From: Paraspadella gotoi
Lineage: Eukaryota > Animalia > Chaetognatha
NCBI GenBank assembly: GCA_051294375.1
Contig: CM119265.1
Span: 2,273,397-2,337,396 of the forward strand
DNA: 64,000 nt
Direction: 5' to 3'
The translations under genes and the position numbers were made by a program. Below, piece after piece: positions 51,588 through 63,072 of the stretch (positions are counted from its first letter, which is position 1; every line of letters starts with the position of its first letter). The notes under the pieces are model-generated. The model ran no database searches. It was not told the DNA's origin and worked only from the letters and a program-made list of their open reading frames with translations.

Positions 51588-54500
51588 TGGGCTTGGATCC
51601 AGAGTTGAGGGTTTTCCACGTCCCCAAGGGGGTTTACTGTCCTGGAGCTTCCCGAAGGTTGGGGATAATTGGGTACCATTGGGGATTATTCATGGGGGAT
51701 CATAGGGGATCATGGGGGGTCGTGGATCATCCCGGTACCTGATGGTCATGATCTGACGATATTACTCAATGAGCCACAGGATCATGACTGAAGGGTACAA
51801 GCTTATAGGCGGAGAGAACCGAAACCCTAAGTTCCTAACCCTAACCTAACGTACATACTAACTTTATTATGAATTTAATATAAGTTTTATGCCTCATTGT
51901 TGTTGTTGTTGTCGTCCTTTTTTAGTCTTCGCTAATATCGTCGTTCTAGTTTTCTTCGTCATCGTCGTTTGTCGTCATCATCGTCTTTTTCTCTGTCATT
52001 CCTTTAGTCGTTGTCATCGTCGTCGTCATTGTCGTCGTCGTTGTCGTTGCCGTTGTTGTTTCAACGAAAAACTCATTAAAAGTTTTGACGGTTGGTCTGT
52101 CTGTCCGTCTGTCTGTCTGTCTGTCTGTCGGTTCGTCAGTTTTTTTTGTCCGTCGCCTTCACGGCTGGTTCTTGTAGACTAACATTTTTTTCTTTTTTTN
52201 NNNNNNNNNNNNNNNNNNNNNNNNNNNNNNNNNNNNNNNNNNNNNNNNNNNNNNNNNNNNNNNNNNNNNNNNNNNNNNNNNNNNNNNNNNNNNNNNNNNN
52301 NNNNNNNNNNNNNNNNNNNNNNNNNNNNNNNNNNNNNNNNNNNNNNNNNNNNNNNNNNNNNNNNNNNNNNNNNNNNNNNNNNNNNNNNNNNNNNNNNNNN
52401 NNNNNNNNNNNNNNNNNNNNNNNNNNNNNNNNNNNNNNNNNNNNNNNNNNNNNNNNNNNNNNNNNNNNNNNNNNNNNNNNNNNNNNNNNNNNNNNNNNNN
52501 NNNNNNNNNNNNNNNNNNNNNNNNNNNNNNNNNNNNNNNNNNNNNNNNNNNNNNNNNNNNNNNNNNNNNNNNNNNNNNNNNNNNNNNNNNNNNNNNNNNN
52601 NNNNNNNNNNNNNNNNNNNNNNNNNNNNNNNNNNNNNNNNNNNNNNNNNNNNNNNNNNNNNNNNNNNNNNNNNNNNNNNNNNNNNNNNNNNNNNNNNNNN
52701 NNNTCTCCTCCTCTCTCCTCTCTCTCTCTCTCTCTTGCTCTCTCTCTCTCTCTTTTCATCTCTATCCTTCAATCGAGACGAAACCAAATGAGCGAAATTA
52801 AGACTTCAAGGGAGGTAGAGAAGATAAGAATATAGAGAGGTAGGGATTAGAAAAGAGAATAGATAGGCGGAGAAGATGAGAGAAGAAATAGGGAATAGAA
52901 AAGAGAAATAGAGGGGTTGAGAATATATACGAAAAGAAAGAGTTGGAATCTAAAAAACGAATCTTAGGAAAAAGTAAATGACAATCGAGAAAAATCTTCC
53001 ATTTAATAAAAAGCAATCAATGAATCTCAAAAGCAATCAGTCGAGATTGGGCTCGTCAAGCCGAAGGCAAGCAAATCTGTGAATCAAGCTAATGAGATAA
53101 AAATGAAGGAAAATCCTAAGAAAGAAAAAAAAAACCAACTTGAATTCCTTTGAGGCGACGAAAGAATCTGATTGGTTGTCGCCTCTCCAGGCTCGACCAA
53201 TCAGAAGCGAAAACGTTGCCGCCAATTAAAAAGATGAATTGTTCGAGGATAAACAATCTTCTTAAATTAAGAAGATTAAGACTTAATAAAACAAACAAAA
53301 AAAGGCGGGATAGATTGAAATGACGAGAGTAAAATAATCAAACGGTTTCCCAGCAATATAATGATAATACGAATTGAACTGCAATTACATCAAACATTTT
53401 ACATGTTGCATTATTATCTCGTAAATGGGATTGATAGCCTGTCAAAAGTCAGAGGCAAGATCGAATTTGCACTGAAAATTATAATTTCCTGAAAAAATTA
53501 ACAATTAACAATCTAAAAAAAGGGCCAAGAAGAAAAGACATGTATAAAAAGAATAAAAAACAAACTTATCCATCCGTCCATTCGTCCATCCGTCCATCCG
53601 TCTATCGGTCTATCCGTCCGTTCGTCTGTTCATCCTTATCTCCATTCGAGGACCGTATGCTTCGCTCTGTTTACTTCCTTTTTAGCTCATTACTAAAAAT
53701 GAAATTCGTAATTACTTAAAAAAAAAGACTAAAAAAAAAAGACTCATTTCAAGTTTCTGCTCGAGTCGGTTGTCTCTCTCTTCCCATTAATGGTGAAGGG
53801 AAAGGTTGTAACGTCTCTCNNNNNNNNNNNNNNNNNNNNNNNNNTCTCTCCTCTTTCTTTCCTTTTCTTTCTCTTCTTTCTTTCTTTCTTTCTTCTTTCT
53901 TCTTTCTTTCTTTCTTTTCTTTCTTTCTTTTTTGCTTTCTTTCTTTCTTTCTTTCTTTCTTTTCTTTCTTTCTTTCTTTCTTTCTTCTTTCTTTCTTTGG
54001 CTTTTCTTCTTTGCTTTTTTCTTTCTTTCTTTGCTTCTTTGCTTCTTCTTTCTTTTCTTTCTTTCTTTCTTTTCTTCCCCACCGAATTATTCTTACTTCT
54101 TTACGTTCTCACCAAATGTAAAGAAAATCCTTCCTTATTTCCCAATACACAAGATCTAGTTTTCAAGTTCGATCCTTTCAATTTTTCATGTTTTTTTAAA
54201 AAAAAAATAAGTTGATTTTTTTTGGTTAAATATGGGGAGGCTGGGGCTTTTAAGTGCGGGGGTTAATATGGGGTTTAGCAAACAAAATCCAAAAATTATT
54301 TGTGAACACGTTGTTGGCCGCCACTGCGGCGCCACCAAAAAGCCGTTAAAAAAATTATTTTTTTATATAAAAAAAAGGGAGTTTGGAGATGCGCAAACTC
54401 TCGACCTAGATGACGAACAGTCGCCCTGGCTTTCGCCGCGTAAAAAGCACTGTGAAAATTCCGTTTTTTATTATAAAAAAAAAGAGGTTTGGAGATGCGA

Positions 54501-56329
54501 ACTCTCGACCGTAGATGACGGAAAGTCGCCCCTTTCCTTTACCATTGAACCAAAAAAATTAAGCGATTGAGGACGGTTAAAACAATTCCACTAATGATAA
54601 TTTTCGGTAATTTTTTATATTATTTCAATTTGTAAATGTAAATTTTCGGAATAATAAGACTTTATTTCTTTACTAAAATCTGCCGTTTCGATTCCTTGTT
54701 CAGGTTGGTTTTCACTAACCCTTAAATATAATAAAGAAGTTTGAGCAAACAATGTCGGATCTCCCTCCGATTAAATTAATAATAATTCGGAATAATTTAT
54801 TATTATTTTAATTTTAATATGTAATAATTAATTTTAAATTTATATCAAACTTATTTCATCATCATGTCCTTAAAAAATTGGGTTAGGCAGTATTAAAATA
54901 TGGTTGTTAATTTTTTATCAAAACAAAAACAAATATCCTTTATTTTTATTTATGTCTCCTTTCTTTCTCTCTCTCACTCTCTCTCTTCTTTCTCTCTCTC
55001 TCTCTTCTCTTTTTATACAATTGCGAGACGGATCTTTTGCTTTTAAGATTTTTTTACTTGCATGCATTTTTTTTCACATTTAATTAATTAATTAATTAAT
55101 TAAAACATTTTATTAAGTAATATTAATATAAGATTTCAAGTTTTTCTCTCAACTTCATTTTCACTGGCACCATTCCGTCAAACTTTATATAATAATTATA
55201 TATTAATAAAATATTTAAAATCTTCAGTGCAAACAACCAATGAACTAATTCAAAACGTTCATTAAAATCGATTTAGTAGTAAAAGGAAAAAAAAATTTTT
55301 AAGGAGAACTAGAAGTTATTTAAAAGTGTTCAATTTTTGGCCCGCTTACTATATTTAGGGGAACGGTGAAAAACTAAAAGTTTTTAAATTTTTGCTATCA
55401 ATTTTTTTATAGTTCTGATTAGGCTTTTAAAAGTTAGAATAACGGTTAATTAATACAACTTTTTTAAAATTTTTTGTTTTATTAATAAAAATTTAAAAAA
55501 ATAAATTCAGCCAATAATTGATGATGATTGATTGTTTTTTAAGGTTTTTCTATTTTTAACCAATTATTGTAAAAAATTTGAGAAAAAAAAATGATAGTAC
55601 TTAAACTTTTTCATTTAAAACTTTTTAAGCTCTACACGGAACCAGTTCTTAAAAAAATCACTTTTTAAAATTTTTTGTTCATTTTATATTTAAAATATTT
55701 TAAAGTTTCGTGCAAAACCAATGATTAATTCAAAAGTTATAGGTAATGTATGTCATTTTTTCATTAACCATGTCACTCGTACATCACCGAAACTTTTTAT
55801 TCAAGCTCGTTACATTTTTCTACCCACACAAAAAAATTTTGAACTTCAATCTATCATCAATTGATTAATTAGAGTATATGGTTAAAAAATAAGTAAAAAT
55901 ATTTTAGAAATTGCAATTTATGTTTTTTCTTTAATCTCATTTCCACTACTGATTTCCGTCGAAATTTATCTCCAGGCTTTATTTCAACACTTTCTTACAG
56001 CCCAATCACGAGTATTGGAGCTTTTGCTTAAGGTGGGGAGCATGGACGGGATTGATTTGACTGATTAATTAAATTATGATATTAATTGGATATTGAATGA
56101 ATTACTGAATTAATTATTGATTTATTAATACATTCCTGCTTACATTTAATATAAAAAGTAAAAAGAATCATAATAATTAGTGGAAACAGGTTTTTTGTTT
56201 TTTCATTTTAAACTCATTTCCATCAAAGATTCCATTCGAACACTTGTTCCTGTTCACCGCACACTTTTTTACTTCACATTTACAATTCCAGGTCCAATCG
56301 AAATTAATGTTAATAAGCTAACTTGGTCA

Positions 56330-56695
56330 ACTTGCATAATCTTAATCCAAACTTGCCCATAATTGGATTTCAACTGACATTAATTGTTAACTGACATAAA
56401 TTTGGTTCTTAGCTGACATAATTTGGTCAACTGATTAATTTGTCAACTTTGACATAATTGATCATTTAAGATAATTTGGTCACCGGGCATAATTTGGTCA
56501 CTAGCATAATTTTTATCAACTGTCCGAATGTCACACTGGCATAATTTGGGTCAAAAAGGCATTAAATTTGGGTCAACTTGCCAGAACTTGATCAACTTGG
56601 CAGAATTGGTCAACTGGCATAATTTGGTCAACTTTTAAGGAATTCTTGCGTCAACTGGCATATTTTTGGTTAAATTGGCCATAATTTGGTCATCC
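56330..56695. repeat. Degenerate ~18-bp minisatellite (ataatttggtcaactggc)
   Basis: Recurring cataatttggtcaac. Confidence 0.75.
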
Positions 56696-56779
56696 ATCAA
56701 TTCAATAACTCAATCAAATCATCATCAATCAATTCCAATCAATCAATCATCATCAATCCAGAGAAATAGAGAGAGAGAA

Positions 56780-57510
56780 AACCTTTTAAAATTTTCAAAT
56801 AAATGTGTCTTTTGGTTTTTCTTATTTGAACTCTTTTTCCACTCCTACGATTCCATCAAAAAATTTATATCCAGCTATATCCATTACTTTCTACCCACAC
56901 AACAAAATTTCAATTTCGATTATCTATTCAATTTTTTTATAAACATATAATTTTGAGTAATTTAAGTAAAAATCTCAAGTAAAATATGACTTTGTTTTTT
57001 CCATTTTAACTTCATTTTTCCACATCGCACAATTCCATCAAGACTTTATATTTCCAGCTCAATCAACACCACTGTTCCGTACCATCATTACAAAATTTCA
57101 ATCAGTTGCCCTATCCACTCATGAGCAATTTGGCGTTCAAAATGTGAAATATATTTTTTGTTTTGTTCCATTTAAACCCAATTTCCACTCGCCACTATTC
57201 CCTCGGAAACTTCATATCATCCCGATCACCCACAGTTTCCTACCCACACACAAATTTTCATTCCATCCTTCCATCCCAATCACGAATAATTGGAGTTTTT
57301 TTGCTAACGTGGGACGGACGGACCGGACGGGACGGACGGACGGCGGACATCGTTTTTGCATCAATTATCACTTAATTCGATGTTTCTTTGACCATTGATA
57401 TAAAGTCGGTGTGCCCGCCCCACAATATTGAGGGGGGCGGACCGACGGACCGACCAAAAGTGAATTATAGAGTCGGATTCTGCTGATTACGCAGATCCGA
57501 CTAAAAAATT
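56780..57510 (-). mobile_element. Helitron-like family B copy with degenerate ~170-bp internal repeats (in bestrophin intron 1)
   Basis: Terminal hairpin agtcggattctgc-tgattac-gcagatccgact followed by aaaaaa; GGAC repeats; colinear with 18703-19040; recurring ctacccacac..aaattt motif (also at ~55820). Confidence 0.6.
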
Positions 57511-57511
57511 C

Positions 57512-60500
57512 CAAGCCCCAGCCTTCCCCATATTTTTTAGGATAGAAAAAAAAAAGAAAATTTAAAACTTTGTGACACAGATGGCGCCCCACTTGGACGT
57601 CAAACACATCCCCTAGAGAACTCTGTGATTCAGTGGCGCCACTCTGTGTCCAAAGTTAAAAAATTTATTTCTTTTTTGTATTCTAAAAAATATGGGATGT
57701 GTGACGGTCAGTGGGGCGCCACTCCGTTCACAAACAGTATTTTTGAAGCTTAATCCCCAATTTAACCCCCGCACTAAAAAGGCCCCAGCCTCCCCATATT
57801 TTTTAGAATACAAAAAAAAAGGAATTTAAAACTTTGTGACACAGAGTGGCGCCCACTGACGTTCAAACATTCCCGAGAGAAACTCTGTGTCAGTGAGGCG
57901 CCACTCCTTGTGTCACAAAGATGAAAATTCATTCTTTTTGTATCTAAAAATATGGATGTGACGGTCAGTGGGCGCCCACCCTCCGTGCTGTCACAAACCC
58001 GTATTTTTTCGTGATTAATCCCCATATTTAACCCCCGCACTATAGCCCCAGCCTTCCCCATATTTATAGTACAAAATATAAAATTTGGAGTTTCTTCTAA
58101 GGGATGGTGTTGACGGTCATGGTGGGCGCCAACTCTGTGTCACCACAAGATGAAATTCATCTTTTTTGTATCTAAAAAAAATATGGGGAAGGCTGGGGGC
58201 TTTTTATTGCTGGGGGTTAAAATATGGGGATTTAAGCACAAAAATACGTTTGTGGACACGGAAGTGGCGCCCACCTGACCGTTCACACAATTCCCTTAGA
58301 GGAAACTCCGTGTTCAGTGGGCGCCACTCTGTGTCACAAAGATGGAAAATTTTCATCTTTTTTGTATTCTAAAAAAAAATATTGGGGAAGGTGGGCTTTT
58401 TTAGTGCGGGGTTTAAATAATGGGGATTAAGCACAAAACATACTGTTCTGTGACACGAAGTTGGCCGGCCCACTCGACCGATCACATTCCCTTTAGAGAA
58501 AACTCCGTGTCAAGTGGGCGCCACTTCTGTGTCACAAAGATTAAAATTCATCTTTTTTGTAATCTAAAAAAAAATATGGGAAGGCTGGGGCTTTTTAGTG
58601 CGGGCGCGTTAATCAGGGGGGTTAAAGCACAAAAAATACTTGTTTTGTGACCGGAGTGGCGCCCACTGGACGTCAACACATCCCTTAGAGAAACTTCCGT
58701 GTCAGTGGGCCGCCACTCTGTGTCGAACAAAGATGGAAAATTTTCAATCTTCTTTTGTATCCTAAAATAAAAATTATGGGGAGGCTGGGGCTTTTTTAGT
58801 GCGGGGTAAATATGGGATTAATGCACAAAAATTACTGTTTTGTGGACACGGAGTGGCGCCCAATGACCGTCACACATTCCCCTTAGAGGAAACTCCTGTC
58901 AGTGGGCGCCACTCTGTGGTCACAAGATGGAAAATTCATCTTTTTTGTATCTAAAAAAATATGGGGAGGGCTGGGGGCTTTTTAGTGGCAGGGGTTTAAA
59001 ATGATGGAGGATTAAGCAATAAATTAACTGTTTGTGACAGGAGTGGGCCCCACTGACCGTCCACACTCCCTTAGAGGAAACTTCGTGTCAGTGGGCGCCA
59101 ACTCTGTGTCACAAGATGAAAATTTCTCTTTTTTGTATCTAAAAACGAATATGGGGAAGCTGGGGCTCTTTTAGTGCGCGGGGTTAAAAAATATGGGGGT
59201 TAAGCACCAATTACTTGTTTTGTGACACGGATTGGCGCCCACTGACCGTCAAACATCCCTTAGAGAAACTCCGTGTCAGTGGGCGCCACTCTGTGTCACA
59301 AAGATGAAATTCAATTCTTTTTTTTTGTATCTAAAAAAAATATGGGGAAGGCTGGGGCTTTTTAGTGCGGGGTTAAATATGGGATTAAGCACAAATACTG
59401 TTTGTGGACCGGAGGTGGGCCCCCTGACCTCCACACATCCTTAGAGAACTCGGTGTCAGTGGGCGCCACTCTGTGTCACAAAGGATGCGAAATTCATCTT
59501 ATTTTGTATCTAAAAAAAATAATGGGAGGCTGGGGCTTTTTAGTGCGGGGTGTTAATATTGGGGATTAAGCCCAAAAAATACTGTTGTGACACGGAGTGG
59601 CGCCCCCAACTGGACCCGTCACACATCTTAGAGGAAAACTCCGTGTCAGTGGGCGGCCACCTCTGTGTCACAAATGATGAAATCATCTTTTTGTATCTAA
59701 AAGATATGGGGAGGCTGGGGCTTATTTAGTGCGGGGGTTTAAATATGGATTAAGCACAAAAATACTGTTTGTACACGGAAGTGGCGCCCACTTGACCGTC
59801 ACACATCCTTAGAGAAACTTCCGTGTCAGTGGGGCGCCACTCTCCCTATGTGTCACAAAGATGAAAAATTATTCTTTTTTGTATCCTAAAAAAATATGGG
59901 GAAGGCTGGGGTTTTTAGTGCGGGGGTTAAATATGGGGATTAAGCACAAAAATACTGTTTGTGACACGGAGTGGCGCCCACTTGACCCGTCACAACTCTT
60001 AGAGAAACTTCCGTGTCAGGGGCGCCACTCTGGGTGTCACCCAAAGATGAAAATTCATTCTTTTTTGTATTAAAAAATAAGATGGGAAGCTGGGGCTTTT
60101 TAGTGCGGGGGTTAAATTGGGGATTAGCCACAAAAATACTGTTTGTGACACGGAGTGGCGCCCACTGACTTTTCAACAGCATTCCCTTAGAGAAAACTCC
60201 GTGTCAGTGGGCGCCACTTCTGTGTCACAACATGAAAATTTTCAATCTTCTTTGTATCTAAAAAAAATATGGGGAGGCTGGGGCTTTAGTTGCGGGGGTT
60301 AAATATGGGGATTAAGCACAAAATACTGTTTGTGACACGGTGGCGCCCAGGCTGACCGTCACAAGATCCCTTAGAGAAAACTCTCTGTTCATGTGGGGCG
60401 CGCCACTTCTGCTTTGTCACAAAGATGAAAATTCATCTTTTTTGTATCTAAAAAAATATGGAAGGCTGGGCTTTTTAGTGCCGGGGGTTAAATATGGGGG

Positions 60501-61128
60501 GATTAAGCAAAAAAAATTTACTGTTTAGTGACCGGGAGTGGCGGCCCCACTGACCGTCACCACAATCCCTTAGAGAACTCCGTGTTCACGTTGGGCGCCA
60601 CTCTGTGTCCACCAAAGATGGGAAAATTGCTCTTTTGTATCTCTAAAAAATATGGGGAGGCTGGGCTTTTAGGCGGGGGTTTAATATGGGGATTAAGCAC
60701 AAAAATACTTGTTGTGACACGGGCTGCAGTGGCGCCCAACTGACCGTCACCACTCCCTTAGAGGAAAACCTCCGTGTCCAGTGGGCGCCACTCCAGTGTC
60801 ACAAGATGAAAATTCATTCTTTTTTGATCTAAAACAAATTATGGGGAAAAGGCTGGGGCTTTTTAGTTGCGGGGGTTAATATGGGGATTAAGCACAAAAA
60901 ATTATGTTTGTGACCACGGAGTGGCGCCCACTGACCGTCCACCACATCCCTTAGAGAAACTCCGTTTGTCAGTGGGGCGCCATCTGTCGTCACAAAGATG
61001 AAAATTCATCTTGTATCTAAAAAAAATATGGGGGAAGGGGCTGTGGGCTTTTTTATTGTGCGGGGGTTTAATATGGGGTTATTAAGACAAAAATACTGTT
61101 TGTGACACGGGGGCGCCCCACTGACCCG
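57512..61128. repeat. ~180-190-bp tandem satellite with internal 28-bp inverted repeat (about 16 head-to-tail units plus inverted or rearranged units at the left edge)
   Basis: Recurring gtcagtgggcgccactctgtgtcacaaagatgaaaattcatc...tatggggaggctggggctttttagtgcggggg...tttgtgacacggagtggcgcccactgaccgtcacacatcccttagagaaactcc. Confidence 0.95.
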
Positions 61129-61812
61129 TTCTCTCTCTTTTTTTTTGCTTTCTTTCTTTGCTTTCTTTCTTTGCTTTCTTTCTCACTTTCAAAATTCTTT
61201 GTCTAATAAGCATTAAGCAAAATTACAATTTCATGTTAATAATTCGACGTCAAATACTAACTTTCAATCGGCAACATAAAAGTAAAAACTTTATATAAAA
61301 AATAAAACAAACATTGACCAACTTTGTCAAACCTCCACTCCCAAAAAAAGTTCCATTTGTATTCCGAAGTGAAGTTGTCTTCCTTTTCGCTTTATCTCTT
61401 TAACTGGGAGAAAGTGGAGCAAACTCGAGTTTTTGGGCTAGAAACGTGTGGGTGGGGGAGACTGGGTAGGTGGTTAGGTGGCTAGGTGGATAAGTGGGTG
61501 GTAGAATGTGTAGGTGGCTGGTGGAAGGTGGATGAAATGAGAGATAGGGGAGAGAGAAAGGGGGAGAGAGGAAAGAAGGTAAGAAAAGAAGGAATAGAAA
61601 AAAAAAATGAAATAGAAGAAAATTTAAAAAAAATGAAAAAATAAACAAAAATAAATAAATAAAATTCAAACATTAAATTATAAAAATAACTTAAAATACG
61701 AGTAAATGAAAGGTTAAATTCGTGGATGTACTTTGTAAATACTTGAATAAAAAAAAATTAGTAAATAGTTTTTCTTGAAAATTCGATTTGTAATTTTTAA
61801 AAAAAATTTCAG

Positions 61813-61928
61813 GCTCATCTCCGTTTTGTATCGATTCTGTTTGACTCCGAATCAAAAGCACAAATTCGAAGAAATTGCTGTCTTCATCGACCAGAATCTC
61901 ATCCACATTCCAATCGCCTTCTTTTTGG
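61813..61928 (+). CDS. BEST: Bestrophin exon 2 (LISVLYRFCLTPNQKHKFEEIAVFIDQNLIHIPIAFFLG)
   Basis: tttcag| and |gtgagt sites, 116 nt, phase-compatible with exons 1 and 3. YR..L...Q...FE...IP..F.LG motif; with exon 3 it gives IPIAFFLGFY, retaining the BEST1 neck equivalents I76/F80/F84. Confidence 0.93.
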
Positions 61929-62650
61929 GTGAGTTTCAGGGTGAGGTTTGGGTCATCTCCTTTTAAAAAATGGGATGCAGAGGGATGCAAATTGGCTTTT
62001 TAAGGGGTGGGTGGGATTTAAAGCTTAATTCTATGTAGATTGGGATGTTGTGCATAATGAATTTTTTTTTACATCATTGTTTTAACCATCATCAAATTCT
62101 GGCAGTAGAAATCTAGAAGCAAAGAATGTTTGTTTGAAAACGTTTGTACTGTCACCAGCTCCTCTTTTCCGGGTATTTTGGGATTTTCTCTCTTTCTCTC
62201 TCTCTNNNNNNNNNNNNNNNNNNNNNNNNNNNNNNNNNNNNNNNNNNNNNNNNNNNNNNNNNNNNNNNNNNNNNNNNNNNNNNNNNNNNNNNNNNNNNNN
62301 NNNNNNNNNNNNNNNTTCTACTAGTCGCATCATTTATTTTGCCAATTGTTCCACCGCCAAAACCTTTAAATTCCATTTTTATTTTATTACGTATAATACG
62401 TTTGTTTTCGCTCCATTTCCCTAAAATTTCAAGATCCCAGACTTTCATTCTTGCTTCAACGAATTTTAAAGTTTAAATCTTCTGTACTTTGAATTTTACG
62501 ACTTTTGATTTTAGTACAACTGATGAAAAGATGAAAAGTTTTAAGTCCATTTTAAAGATTTGTTTATTGTTCGATATAACGGACTGTTTGGTTAATTTGA
62601 CCGACAGATTTATTTATTCAGATTGATTGATTAATTGATTGCTTGATAAC

Positions 62651-62703
62651 CCCCTCTAGGCTCTACGTGATGGTCATAGTCGGCTTATGGTGAAATTTGT
62701 TCT
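62651..62703 (+). other. Degenerate tandem duplicate of the acceptor and first ~45 nt of bestrophin exon 3
   Basis: cccctctag|gctctacgtgatggtcatagtcggcttatggtgaaatttgttc versus cccctccag|gcttctacgtgatggtcatcgtaggcagatggtggacattgttc. Confidence 0.85.
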
Positions 62704-62757
62704 ATTGATTGATTGATTGATTGAATGATTGATCGATTGATTGATCATCCCCTCCAG

Positions 62758-63072
62758 GCTTCTACGTGATGGTCATCGTAGGCAGATGGTGGACATTGTT
62801 CGACGCGATTCCTTGGATCGATTCTTTCTGTCTCGTTCTTCGCGCCTTCGTTCACGACGCCGACAAATATGGCGGGAAAGTCAAGCAGCAGCAACAGCAA
62901 ATGTATCAGCAGCTCAATCGTCCGGCGCAGCAGCAGCAGCAAGAGACGCCTCAGCAGCCGCAGCAAACGCCGATGCCGCCGCCCCAGCAGCAGCAGGGGA
63001 GCGGCGAATCCAAGGCGAAACACGTGAGAAGAAACGCAGTGAGATACTTGAACGTCAGCTTCGTTTTGGCCG
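62758..63072 (+). CDS. BEST: Bestrophin exon 3 (FYVMVIVGRWWTLFDAIPWID, polyQ/P insert, RRNAVRYLNVSFVLA); later exons not identified in this window
   Basis: ctccag| and |gtgagt sites, 315 nt. GFYV..V.RWW....PW.D and RR...RY.N bestrophin motifs. Confidence 0.93.

Noticed and set aside
59900-60030. Hammerhead ribozyme in the satellite monomer (GAAAC plus a helix-III-like stem with TGACACGGAGT)
   Set aside because: The cleavage triplet would be GUG, the core reads CUGACCG rather than CUGANGA, and helices I and II are not credible.
58100-61128. CRISPR array suggested by palindromic ~28-bp repeats with spacers
   Set aside because: The spacers are the same from unit to unit, the arms alternate in orientation, there are no cas genes, and the context is a eukaryotic intron.
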